DNA of 64,000 nt from Clostridia bacterium. Its GTDB lineage: Bacteria > Bacillota > Clostridia > Oscillospirales > Acutalibacteraceae. This document shows positions 36,693 to 45,247 of the stretch, one piece after another. The position numbers and the translations under genes were made by a program. The notes beneath the pieces are model-generated. The model was not told the origin of the DNA. It ran no database searches and saw nothing but the letters and a program-made list of their open reading frames with translations. The stretch is taken from assembly GCA_017625095.1 (NCBI GenBank), contig JAGALQ010000025.1, positions 73,086-137,085 on the forward strand, in the 5' to 3' direction. How positions within the stretch are numbered: the first letter of the stretch is position 1; each line of letters starts with the position of its first letter.

Positions 36693-37973
36693 TCAGCCTC
36701 TGTCCTCAATGGGCACATAAGCCATTTCTTCTTTAACGCTTGTATAAGCAGGACGGATTATCTTGCCTGAGTTCTGAATTTCTTCCATACGGTGAGCACT
36801 CCAGCCTGCGATTCTTGCAACGGCAAATATGGGAGTGAACAGTTCATACGGCAGGCCGAGCATCTTGTATACCATGCCCGAATAGAAGTCAACGTTAGCG
36901 CTGACACCCTTGTACATTTTGCGCTTTTCGGCAATAATCTGTGGAGCCATTTTTTCAACGGTCTCATAAAGCTCAAACTCATCCTGCATTCCCTTTTCCT
37001 CAGAGAGCTTTCTTGCATAGGTGCGAAGAATATCCGCTCTCGGATCTGACAGAGAATAGACAGCATGGCCCATACCGTAGATAAGGCCCGCCTTATCAAA
37101 CGCCTGCTTATCGAGAAGGGCTACGAGATAATTCTTTACAGCCTCCTTGTCGCCGGTGTCGAGGTTCGCTTTCATATCGTCAAACATCTGCATAACCTTG
37201 ATGTTTGCACCGCCGTGACGCGGACCCTTGAGCGAGCCGAGTGCGGCAGAAACAGCCGAGTAAGTATCTGTGCCGGATGAGCTGACAACGTGTGTTGTGA
37301 AGGTGGAGTTATTGCCGCCGCCGTGCTCCGCGTGAAGCACAAGAGTAAGATCAAGTATCTTTGCTTCAAGCTCTGTATACTGTCCGTCTTCACGGAGAAT
37401 ATACAGCAGGTTTTCCGCAGTGTTAAGCTCCTTCTTCGGATAGTGAATAAACAGGCTGTTATTCTGATGATAATGCTGGTATGAATGGTATGCATAAACT
37501 GCAAGCAGCGGAAATCTTGCAATAAGCTGTAAGCTCTGACGAAGAATGTTGGCGGTTGATATATCGTCGGGATTTTCATCGTATGTATACAGAGCCAACA
37601 CACATCTTGAGAGAATGTTCATCATATCCTTGCCGGGTGCCTTGAGAATCATATCGCGCACAAACGACGGAGGCAGTGAACGGTAGACAGACAGCTGCTC
37701 GCAGAATCTGTCAAGCTCGACCTTGGTGGGAAGCTTTGAAAAAAGGAGAAGATATATGGTCTCCTCAAAGCCGGGGTGGTTGCCCTTTGCAAAGCCGTCG
37801 ACAAGGCTTCTTACGTTTACGCCTCTGTAATAAAGCTGGCCCTCACAGGAGATATCGTTACCGTTTTCATCCTTATCCTTTGCTTTGATTCTTGAAATTT
37901 CGGTAAGACCTGCAACAACACCGTTGCCGTCTATATCGCGCAAACCACGCTTTACATCATACTGCTTATACAT
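36693..37973 (-). CDS. Citrate synthase (main frame). The likely true start is ATG 38050, separated by an apparent frameshift.
   Basis: GMGHAVY-type motif (IYGMGHAVYSLSDPRA) and YDVKRGLRD near the N-terminus. No RBS precedes ATG 37973. The frame stays open upstream to 38036 and codes NHSYIEELVAISDANNNITPE. Confidence 0.85.
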   Translation of the reverse strand: MYKQYDVKRGLRDIDGNGVVAGLTEISRIKAKDKDENGNDISCEGQLYYRGVNVRSLVDGFAKGNHPGFEETIYLLLFSKLPTKVELDRFCEQLSVYRSLPPSFVRDMILKAPGKDMMNILSRCVLALYTYDENPDDISTANILRQSLQLIARFPLLAVYAYHSYQHYHQNNSLFIHYPKKELNTAENLLYILREDGQYTELEAKILDLTLVLHAEHGGGNNSTFTTHVVSSSGTDTYSAVSAALGSLKGPRHGGANIKVMQMFDDMKANLDTGDKEAVKNYLVALLDKQAFDKAGLIYGMGHAVYSLSDPRADILRTYARKLSEEKGMQDEFELYETVEKMAPQIIAEKRKMYKGVSANVDFYSGMVYKMLGLPYELFTPIFAVARIAGWSAHRMEEIQNSGKIIRPAYTSVKEEMAYVPIEDRG

Positions 37974-38096
37974 CTCGGGTGTAATGTTATTGTTCGCATC
38001 GGAGATTGCAACAAGCTCTTCTATATATGAGTGATTTCAGAATAATTCATTTTATTTTCCTTTCTGCCGTCGGATATTACAAATTCCACTTCATGT

Positions 38097-38125
38097 ATTA
38101 TAGCATATAATCTTCTGTATGTAAA
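38097..38125 (-). promoter_or_regulatory. Putative sigma-A promoter of citrate synthase
   Basis: On the minus strand: TTTACA (38125-38120), 17-nt spacer, TATAAT (38102-38097), about 45 nt upstream of ATG 38050 (GAAAGGAAA RBS). Confidence 0.55.
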
Positions 38126-38161
38126 ACTATATATATTATTATCAATTTGTAAAACTTGTTT

Positions 38162-38205
38162 GGAAAAAATATGGAGACAGCTGCCTGAAAAAACAGCTGT
38201 CTCCC
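38162..38205 (-). terminator. Intrinsic terminator of the feo operon
   Basis: 11-bp stem GGAGACAGCTG (38173-38183) / CAGCTGTCTCC (38194-38204), followed by ATATTTTTTCC on the minus strand. Confidence 0.75.
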
Positions 38206-38216
38206 GTTTTGATATA

Positions 38217-38378
38217 TTATTTTTGTTTTTCACCGTGGCAGATATCACTCATTGCACATCCTGAACAGCCGCAGGAGCAGGAGCCCTTGCCCTTTTTCTT
38301 GTTTCTGAAATGGAAGAAAATCACAAGTGCAACCAGCACCGCAATGATTGCCGCCACAATAATTGTAGGCCAATCCAT
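38217..38378 (-). CDS. FeoB-associated Cys-rich small membrane protein (53 aa)
   Basis: Below the ORF-track size cutoff. My translation is MDWPTIIVAAIIAVLVALVIFFHFRNKKKGKGSCSCGCSGCAMSDICHGEKQK: one TM helix plus a Cys cluster. Its ATG is 1 nt after the feoB stop. Confidence 0.75.
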   Translation of the reverse strand: MDWPTIIVAAIIAVLVALVIFFHFRNKKKGKGSCSCGCSGCAMSDICHGEKQK

Positions 38379-38379
38379 A

Positions 38380-40581
38380 TTATTTTACTCCTGTTGATTT
38401 TTTTGTTTTATTATTGCTTTTTCTGAAAAGCATAAACAGCATAAACACCAGAACAACGATTGCCGCCGCCGTGCCGACAGTAAAGTCGGAGGTAATAAAG
38501 AACATACCCAGCTGATATACAATAAGCGAAACAGCATAAGCAAACGCACACATATAGCCGATTGCGCCGACAGTCCACTTTGCACTGTTCATCTCACGTC
38601 TTATTGCACCCATAGCCGCAAAGCAAGGTGCACAGAGGAGGTTGAACATAAGGAACGAATATGCAGAAAGCTTGCTGCCGCCGAAAATTTCGGAAGCGAT
38701 GAAAGCGTAGTTCGTTTCTTCAACGCCTGCCATTGAGGAGAGAGAACCGAAAACACCGACAATTTCCTCCTTGGCTACAAGACCGAGGATGGTAGCAACC
38801 GCTGCCTGCCATCTGCCGAAGCCGAGGGGCTTGAATATAACGGCAATAACCTCACCGATTGTGTTGAGAATAGACTGCTCATTCTCCGCAATATAGTGAA
38901 GACCGCCATCAAAAGAGAGTGAATTGAGCACCCAGATGATAACGCTTGCGGCAAAAATAACAGTACCTGCACGCTTGATAAAGCTCCAGCCACGTTCCCA
39001 TGTTGCACGGAAAATATTGGCGGGCAGCGGAGCGTGATAAGCAGGAAGCTCCATAACAAAGGGAGCAGGTTTGCCCGCAAGAGCTTTTGTCTTTTTCAGG
39101 ATGATACCCGAAACAACTACAGCGGCAATACCGAGGAAATACGCCGATGTTGCAATAAGCGGACTGCCGCCGAAAAGTGCCGCCGCAATCATACCGACAA
39201 CGGGCATTTTTGCGCTGCACGGAATAAAGCCTGTTGTGATAACCGTAATTCTTCTGTCGCGCTCCTGCTCGATTGTACGGGAAGCCATAATACCGGGAAC
39301 ACCGCAACCGGATGCGATAAGCATGGGAATAAAGCTCTTACCTGAAAGACCGAACTTACGGAAAAGACGGTCCATAATAAACGCAACACGTGACATATAA
39401 CCGATATCTTCAAGAATTGAGAGAAGCAGGAACAGCACAAAAATCTGCGGCACAAAGCCGAGAACTGCACCGACACCGCCGACTACACCGTCCTGAATCA
39501 GGCTGTAAAGCCACTCAGCTATAACAGGTGTGCCGTCTGCCGAGAGAAGAACCTTATCCAGAAGTTCGGGCACACTCAGCCAATTTGAGAAAAGCGAATA
39601 GCCGAAGAATTCCGGGTCAAGGTCTTTGAACGAGCCGAAAAGTCCGTCGTTCATAAAAGCAACCGTCCAGTCACCTATCGTGCCGATTGAAAGCGTGTAA
39701 ACCAGCATCATTACAAGAACAAAAATCGGGAAAGCGAGGAAACGGTTTGTTACAACCTTGTCGATTTTATCTGATATTGACTGTCTTGTGAGGTTCTTTT
39801 TCTTGTAGCACTGCTGAGTGATACCTGTTATGTACAGATAACGCTCGTTTGCGATGATGCTTTCCGCATCGTCGTCAAGCTCTTCTTCAGCTGCCTTTAT
39901 ATCTGTTTCAATATGACTGATAATATCCTGAGAAAGGCCGAGATGCTCAAGTGCTTTTTCATCGCGCTCAAAAATCTTTATTGCAAACCAACGCTGCTGA
40001 TCGGCAGGCATATCGTGAATTGCAGCCTCTTCAATGTGAGCAAGTGCGTGTTCAACGGCACCTGAAAAGCTGTGAATCGGCACGCTTTTTTTCTTCTGTG
40101 CCGCTGCAATCGCTGCCTCTGCAGCCTCTTCTATACCCTGACCCTTGAGTGCGGATATTTCAATAACTCTGCATCCGATCTTTTTCTCAAGAATCTCTAT
40201 GTCGATCTTATCGCCGTTCTTTCTGACGATATCCATCATATTGATTGCAATAACAACGGGCACACCAATCTCCATCAGCTGTGTCGTGAGGTAAAGGTTA
40301 CGCTCAAGACAAGTGCCGTCAACAATATTGAGAATTACATCGGGACGCTCACCGATAAGGTAGTTACGCGCAACAACCTCTTCAAGTGTGTAAGGGGAAA
40401 GCGAATATATACCGGGCAGGTCAACTATGGTAACACCGTCGTATTTTTTGATTCTGCCTTCCTTCTTCTCAACAGTAACACCGGGCCAGTTGCCGACAAA
40501 CTGATTGGAACCTGTGAGTGCATTGAACAGCGTTGTTTTACCGCAGTTCGGGTTGCCCGCAAGGGCTATTCTGATATCCAT
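38380..40581 (-). CDS. feoB: Ferrous iron transporter FeoB
   Basis: N-terminal G-domain GNPNCGKTTLFNALTG, DLPGIYSL and a polytopic C-terminal permease. Confidence 0.92.
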   Translation of the reverse strand: MDIRIALAGNPNCGKTTLFNALTGSNQFVGNWPGVTVEKKEGRIKKYDGVTIVDLPGIYSLSPYTLEEVVARNYLIGERPDVILNIVDGTCLERNLYLTTQLMEIGVPVVIAINMMDIVRKNGDKIDIEILEKKIGCRVIEISALKGQGIEEAAEAAIAAAQKKKSVPIHSFSGAVEHALAHIEEAAIHDMPADQQRWFAIKIFERDEKALEHLGLSQDIISHIETDIKAAEEELDDDAESIIANERYLYITGITQQCYKKKNLTRQSISDKIDKVVTNRFLAFPIFVLVMMLVYTLSIGTIGDWTVAFMNDGLFGSFKDLDPEFFGYSLFSNWLSVPELLDKVLLSADGTPVIAEWLYSLIQDGVVGGVGAVLGFVPQIFVLFLLLSILEDIGYMSRVAFIMDRLFRKFGLSGKSFIPMLIASGCGVPGIMASRTIEQERDRRITVITTGFIPCSAKMPVVGMIAAALFGGSPLIATSAYFLGIAAVVVSGIILKKTKALAGKPAPFVMELPAYHAPLPANIFRATWERGWSFIKRAGTVIFAASVIIWVLNSLSFDGGLHYIAENEQSILNTIGEVIAVIFKPLGFGRWQAAVATILGLVAKEEIVGVFGSLSSMAGVEETNYAFIASEIFGGSKLSAYSFLMFNLLCAPCFAAMGAIRREMNSAKWTVGAIGYMCAFAYAVSLIVYQLGMFFITSDFTVGTAAAIVVLVFMLFMLFRKSNNKTKKSTGVK

Positions 40582-40645
40582 TGAAAATGTTCCTCTCTTT
40601 CACGCTGCGTCAATTGAACCGCAGCGACTGTTTGCAAAAATGTAT

Positions 40646-40867
40646 TTATTCTACTTCGATCATCTCGGCATCTGCCTTGCGCAGTGAAAGCTCATAGCCT
40701 CTGACCATAAGCTCAAGCGGATCACCCAGCGGCGCAACCTTGCGCACATAAATCTCCACACCTTTGGTGATTCCCATATCCATAATCCTGCGCTTGACGG
40801 GACCTTCACCGTGAAGCTTGACTACCTTTGTGGTAGCACCAACCTTAATATCTCTGAGTGTTTTCAT
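40646..40867 (-). CDS. feoA: FeoA-family protein
   Basis: 73 aa, SH3-like FeoA pattern (VVKLHGEGPVKRRIMDMGITKGVEIYVRKVAPLGDPLEL). Confidence 0.85.
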   Translation of the reverse strand: MKTLRDIKVGATTKVVKLHGEGPVKRRIMDMGITKGVEIYVRKVAPLGDPLELMVRGYELSLRKADAEMIEVE

Positions 40868-40890
40868 AATATATACCTCCGCTGTACCGT

Positions 40891-40942
40891 GTTAGCATCC
40901 GCTAACTCAATGACACAATTTTTGGTTAGCCACCGCTAACCA
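40891..40942. promoter_or_regulatory. Two palindromic operators in the feoA 5' leader (GTTAGC-N4-GCTAAC)
   Basis: GTTAGCATCCGCTAAC (40891-40906) and TGGTTAGCCACCGCTAACCA (40923-40942). The second lies immediately downstream of the -10 box. Confidence 0.55.
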
Positions 40943-40948
40943 TCACAT

Positions 40949-40977
40949 ATTATAACTGTACTTTTCGGCAATGTCAA
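40949..40977 (-). promoter_or_regulatory. Consensus sigma-A promoter of feoAB
   Basis: On the minus strand: TTGACA (40977-40972), 17-nt spacer, TATAAT (40954-40949). Confidence 0.7.
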
Positions 40978-41062
40978 GCATTTTTCCAAAAAATCTCAAT
41001 TAGTTTTCACTAAAAACTTTATGAGCAGACAGCGCTTGTCATAACACTGTCTGCTCATTTTT

Positions 41063-42469
41063 TCAGTTATCAATAATATTACGTATCCATATTCCTTTTT
41101 TGACGAGGATGAAGCCGATTACACTTTTGAAGACTTCGATAAGCTGGATTACTATAAACAGAGGCACTATCGGTAAATCCGTGAAATTGGCAAGCACCAT
41201 AGCAAGCGGCACAGCAATAAGCCACATAGAGCAGCTGTCAAAAACAAAGGTGAGCAGAGTTCTGCCGCCTGAACGGATTGTGAAGTAGCAATCGTGTGCA
41301 AAAGCCATAACGGGCATTATCGCAGCACCGACAAGCAATAACTTTGTCGCAAGCTCTCTGACGTTTTCCGAGGTATTGTAAATATGAGGAATAAACGGTG
41401 AACAGACAGCAAGCATTGCGCCCATTATAACGCAGCCGCCAACCGTTGCAGTTATAAGCCTCCACGCTGTCTGCTTTGCTTTTTCAACTTCGTTTGCACC
41501 CAGATGCTGACCGACCATTATAGCAATCGCATTACCCATCGAAAGGAAAACAACGTTAAAAAGGTTTGCAACGGTCGAAGAGATGTTTGCAGCTGCAACA
41601 ACGTCAAGACCTCTAACGGAGTAGCACTGATTGAGTGTTGCCATACCTGCCGACCAGAGTGCTTCATTAACAAGCAGAGGCATTCCCCTTTTCAGAATAT
41701 CGCACGCGAGCTTGCGCGGCATTTTCATACTGCGGTAAGCACCCTTTATAAACGGAAAACGTCCGGAATGAGTGTGAGTGAAAATCACAAGAATAAACAT
41801 CTCAACATAGCGTGAAAGAACGGTTGCAACAGCCGCGCCGACAACGCCGAGCTTCGGGAAACCGAAAGCACCGAAAATAAGAAGGTAATTGAAAACAAGG
41901 TTTACCAGAATTGCAACAACGCTCGCCGTCATCGGCAGCTTTGTTTCACCAAGCTCACGCAGAGAACTTGAATAGACCTGAGAGAGTGCAAAAGGCACGA
42001 TGCCTGCAAGCATTACGCTCAGATAATCCATCGCAAAGCCGAGTGTACTTTCAATATCCTGCGCAGAAGTACCCTCTGCAAGGTAGAGTGAAACCAGCTT
42101 TTCGGGGAATGCAATAAACACAACCATTGCCACAGCCACCATGGCAAACGCAATCATCAGCTTTGCTCTGAAGCAGCTTCGCACGCCGTTGTCATCCCCG
42201 GCGCCGGCATACTGCGTTGCGAAAATACCTGCACCGGAAAGTCCGCCGAAAATGCATATATAAAAAACAAACAGCAGCTGGTTATCTATTGCAACAGCTG
42301 ACATTTCAAGCGTGCCGACCCTGCCGACCATAATATTATCAAGTAAGCTGACAACGTTTGTTATTGTGTTTTGTATTATTATGGGAATTACGATGGTGAA
42401 CATTCTTGCATAAAACTGCTTATCACCGATCAGATTGCTTTTTAGACTTGAGCCTTTGGTCTTATTCAC
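41063..42469 (-). CDS. MATE-family efflux transporter
   Basis: 12-TM pattern and typical MATE N-terminus (IIIQNTITNVVSLLDNIMVGRVG). I prefer GTG 42469 (GGAGGAG RBS) over the longer track ORF. Confidence 0.8.
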   Translation of the reverse strand: MNKTKGSSLKSNLIGDKQFYARMFTIVIPIIIQNTITNVVSLLDNIMVGRVGTLEMSAVAIDNQLLFVFYICIFGGLSGAGIFATQYAGAGDDNGVRSCFRAKLMIAFAMVAVAMVVFIAFPEKLVSLYLAEGTSAQDIESTLGFAMDYLSVMLAGIVPFALSQVYSSSLRELGETKLPMTASVVAILVNLVFNYLLIFGAFGFPKLGVVGAAVATVLSRYVEMFILVIFTHTHSGRFPFIKGAYRSMKMPRKLACDILKRGMPLLVNEALWSAGMATLNQCYSVRGLDVVAAANISSTVANLFNVVFLSMGNAIAIMVGQHLGANEVEKAKQTAWRLITATVGGCVIMGAMLAVCSPFIPHIYNTSENVRELATKLLLVGAAIMPVMAFAHDCYFTIRSGGRTLLTFVFDSCSMWLIAVPLAMVLANFTDLPIVPLFIVIQLIEVFKSVIGFILVKKGIWIRNIIDN

Positions 42470-42599
42470 CGTTTCTCCTCCGAAGTATAATAAGTTACAA
42501 CTAAATATAGCATATGCAAAATTGTATGTAAACATCGCTCACTGCGCTTTTACACAAAATTACAGAGAGACTCTTTTAGAAGCGTCTCTCTGCTGTTTT

Positions 42600-43748
42600 T
42601 TATGCAACCTCATTGTAGAATATTTCAAGAATCATTTCGTAAGCTGCTTTTGTATCCATATAAAATTCAGCATACTTTGCGCCAAGCTTCATTTCGCCCG
42701 GAACAGTGGCGGTTTCAAGTCCGTTCACACCTTTCGACATAAGCTTTGTTGCAAGATAGGTTACCGAGCTTAGGTCAACATTTGTACAGGAATACTGTGT
42801 TGCAGTGTTATAAAGTCTTGTTATTGTACCGAGATCGTTCATTGCCGAATTGACAGCCGTGGAAGCAAACGCCTTGACATAAGCTGTCTGACGGTTCATT
42901 CTGCGAAGGCTGGCTTCGGTATCGCCGCCTCTCTCACGGACAAATTTAACTGCCTGCTTACCGTAGAGAGTAACAGCCTGACCTGCCGTAAAATCACCGA
43001 TTGTTTCGGGCGACACAACGGTTACACCGCCAACAGCATCGTTAATCGGACCGATACCTTCAATATCGAGCGAAATATATGAATTTATCGGGATACCGAA
43101 AAGAACACGCTGAATTGCCTCAACAGTGTTTTTACAGCTTGTATGCTTGCCGTCACCGTAGGCATAGGCAAGACAGAGCTGTCTGCTTTCAACGCCAACG
43201 TATTCTCCCTTTGTGGTATACACACCGATATCAACCATAATATCACGGGGAATTGAAATAACGGTAACTTTACCGCTTACGGTGTCGAGCGCAAGAACCA
43301 TATTCGTATCAGACTGACCGCCCGTACCGATCTTTCCGCCGTAAGAGCCGAGATCGTCTTTGTCAACACCCATACATGCTATTGACGTGATATTTTCATT
43401 CAGGCGATATGTTTTTCCGTTATAGATAACCGTTTTACCGTCGTTCTCGACAACAGCCTCGTCGATGCTTTCGATTATAACGTTATCGTACGAAACAAGT
43501 TTTTGCTGACCTTTGCGCTGCAGACCGATAAAAGCACCTGCACTGCCACCGATAATTAAAAGGAAAACAAGAAGCAGCGCAAGCGCAATCTTTTTGCCTT
43601 TCTTCTTTTTCTTTTTGATGGCTGAAGTTTCAGTAGGTATATATATCGGGAAAGCATCTTCATCCTCGGAATATGCTTTAATGTCGGAACGCTTAAGGCT
43701 TACTTCCTTATCTGAATCATACTTGTTTTTTTTATGAAATCGGGACAT
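42600..43748 (-). CDS. LCP (LytR-CpsA-Psr) family glycopolymer-to-peptidoglycan ligase
   Basis: N-terminal cytoplasmic tail, one TM helix, then the LCP core (DTNMVLALDTVSGKVTVISIPRDIMV). Overlaps the sortase gene by 17 nt. Confidence 0.8.
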   Translation of the reverse strand: MSRFHKKNKYDSDKEVSLKRSDIKAYSEDEDAFPIYIPTETSAIKKKKKKGKKIALALLLVFLLIIGGSAGAFIGLQRKGQQKLVSYDNVIIESIDEAVVENDGKTVIYNGKTYRLNENITSIACMGVDKDDLGSYGGKIGTGGQSDTNMVLALDTVSGKVTVISIPRDIMVDIGVYTTKGEYVGVESRQLCLAYAYGDGKHTSCKNTVEAIQRVLFGIPINSYISLDIEGIGPINDAVGGVTVVSPETIGDFTAGQAVTLYGKQAVKFVRERGGDTEASLRRMNRQTAYVKAFASTAVNSAMNDLGTITRLYNTATQYSCTNVDLSSVTYLATKLMSKGVNGLETATVPGEMKLGAKYAEFYMDTKAAYEMILEIFYNEVA

Positions 43749-44538
43749 CGCTGATCAACACTCCGTTTACTAAAAATCTTGATTTCTTATCGTTTGTCAT
43801 ACAGGTGCTGAGAATTACAAGCTTGCTGTTTTCATCAAGCTCAACACCGCTGCGCACGTTTCTGAGCGTAGCTACGGGATTCAACGTATGCTGCTGGAAA
43901 TTCCTGAGAACTTCGGGATTTGAAAAATCGAAAGAATTCATAATGTGACGGCTGTCATACTTATATGCCGAAACAATTTTGTATGTGAGAATACGGTCCA
44001 TCGTATAAATATAGAACGTATCGTTTTTCTCAAAAAATGAAGGATCGCTGAAATAATGAAGCGTCGAGAACATCGTTTTGCTTCTCATATTGTGACCGTA
44101 AACAACCGTTATGGGATCTGTAAACGACAAACTGTTGCACGACTGAGTATAAATCATACCGGCAAAAAGATAGCGTTTGTATATCGAACGGTGAAGATAA
44201 TAGTTATCGCTGATTGTACTTTGCACAATCGGATAGTCAACGTGCGTGCCCGGTACACGAAGCCATGCATAAACATCGCTGTTGATTTTATGAAGTGATT
44301 CAAGATCAACAGGGCTTGAAACCTTGCCGTTGCCACCGGAATCTGAATTGATTGCTATTTCGGCAATCTGACCGTAGCTGACCTGGGCAGAGTGCTCATT
44401 AAAAAACATTGAACCGATGTATGCAACACAGGCAATTATAACCATAACCGCCAGCAGTATAATAATCAGCGACCATTTACTCTTTTTCTTTTCAGGCTTT
44501 TCTTCCGCATAAGAATAACCCTTGCTGTTCTGCGGCAT
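43732..44538 (-). CDS. srtB: Class B-like sortase
   Basis: TM anchor, catalytic His context VVYGHNM and Cys context LVILSTCM (TLxTC-type). ATG 44538 is preceded by GGGGAGG. Confidence 0.8.
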   Translation of the reverse strand: MPQNSKGYSYAEEKPEKKKSKWSLIIILLAVMVIIACVAYIGSMFFNEHSAQVSYGQIAEIAINSDSGGNGKVSSPVDLESLHKINSDVYAWLRVPGTHVDYPIVQSTISDNYYLHRSIYKRYLFAGMIYTQSCNSLSFTDPITVVYGHNMRSKTMFSTLHYFSDPSFFEKNDTFYIYTMDRILTYKIVSAYKYDSRHIMNSFDFSNPEVLRNFQQHTLNPVATLRNVRSGVELDENSKLVILSTCMTNDKKSRFLVNGVLISDVPIS

Positions 44539-44569
44539 GCGCACCTCCCCTTTCTCGCTTCTCTAATAA

Positions 44570-44611
44570 TATACAAAAGCCCTAAGTTCTTTGACGAACA
44601 CAGGGCTTTTA
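44570..44611 (-). terminator. Intrinsic terminator of the sortase-substrate gene
   Basis: Stem AAAAGCCCT (44575-44583) / AGGGCTTTT (44602-44610), with TTTTGTATATT following on the minus strand. Confidence 0.6.
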
Positions 44612-44632
44612 CGTCGGATTTTTAAGCTTTAA

Positions 44633-45079
44633 TTATTCAGCTTTTTTCTTTGTTGTGTAGATAACTGCACCGCTGAGTGCGATAGCGACGAGAGCTGCTG
44701 CAGAAACTGTCTTGCTGACATAAGAGCCTGTATCGGGAGAAACGGGAGCCTTGTCGGATGTAACAGGTCTTTTTGTTGTTGAGGGAGCGCGATTTGTTGT
44801 GTCATCAACATCGCTCTTGCGTGTTGTTGTGGGCTTTGAGCCTGTGCCCGAAGAGCCTGAAGATCCCGAAGAACCTGAAGAGCCTGAACCTGACGGCCTT
44901 GTTGGAGGCTGGATTGTGGGATCAAGATCTGCAGGAGGTGTTATGGGACGTGTGGTATCGATTGTGGGAGCTATCGGACTTACGATTGGATTTTTGGTCG
45001 CACTATTGACAGCAAAAGCTGTAACAGCCATGGAGAACACGAGTACGCAAGCAAAAACAGCTGCTAATACTTTTTTCAT
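44633..45079 (-). CDS. Small P/T/S/G-rich secreted protein with a C-terminal SPDTG sortase sorting signal
   Basis: Signal peptide MKKVLAAVFACVLVFSMAVTAFA. Low-complexity stalk with an SGSGSSGSSGSSGSSGTGS run. SPDTG (44726-44740), then a hydrophobic helix and a KKKAE tail. Confidence 0.8.
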   Translation of the reverse strand: MKKVLAAVFACVLVFSMAVTAFAVNSATKNPIVSPIAPTIDTTRPITPPADLDPTIQPPTRPSGSGSSGSSGSSGSSGTGSKPTTTRKSDVDDTTNRAPSTTKRPVTSDKAPVSPDTGSYVSKTVSAAALVAIALSGAVIYTTKKKAE

Positions 45080-45145
45080 TGGTGAACACCAACCTTTCAT
45101 AGATATAAAAGCGTCTTCACAGACACTTACACTTATAATACAAAA

Positions 45146-45174
45146 CGATTATATCACAGTGATATATTTGTGTC
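45146..45174 (-). promoter_or_regulatory. Consensus sigma-A promoter of the sortase-substrate gene with an embedded 15-bp palindrome
   Basis: On the minus strand: TTGACA (45174-45169), 17-nt spacer, TATAAT (45151-45146). The perfect palindrome ATATCACAGTGATAT (45149-45163) spans the -10 edge and the spacer. Confidence 0.7.
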
Positions 45175-45247
45175 AACAGTATTTTTTCAAAAACAGCCAT
45201 AACCTATACGTATTTTTATTGCTTTTAACCGTCGAAAAAGTGCTGTT

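Noticed and set aside
38021-38397. ORF 38021-38248 (-, 75 aa) and ORF 38209-38397 (+, 62 aa)
   Set aside because: Only the last 9 codons of the first (MNYSEITHI) are meaningful, as the displaced citrate synthase start. The rest crosses the promoter and the feo terminator. The second is the antisense shadow of the 53-aa FeoB-associated Cys-rich gene, which has the better start context and a recognisable product.
40891-40942. Calling the feo operators DtxR/IdeR boxes outright
   Set aside because: The half-sites resemble GGTTAG/CTAACC, but the spacing differs from the 19-bp DtxR consensus and no regulator gene is in the window. I kept it as an unnamed metalloregulator operator.
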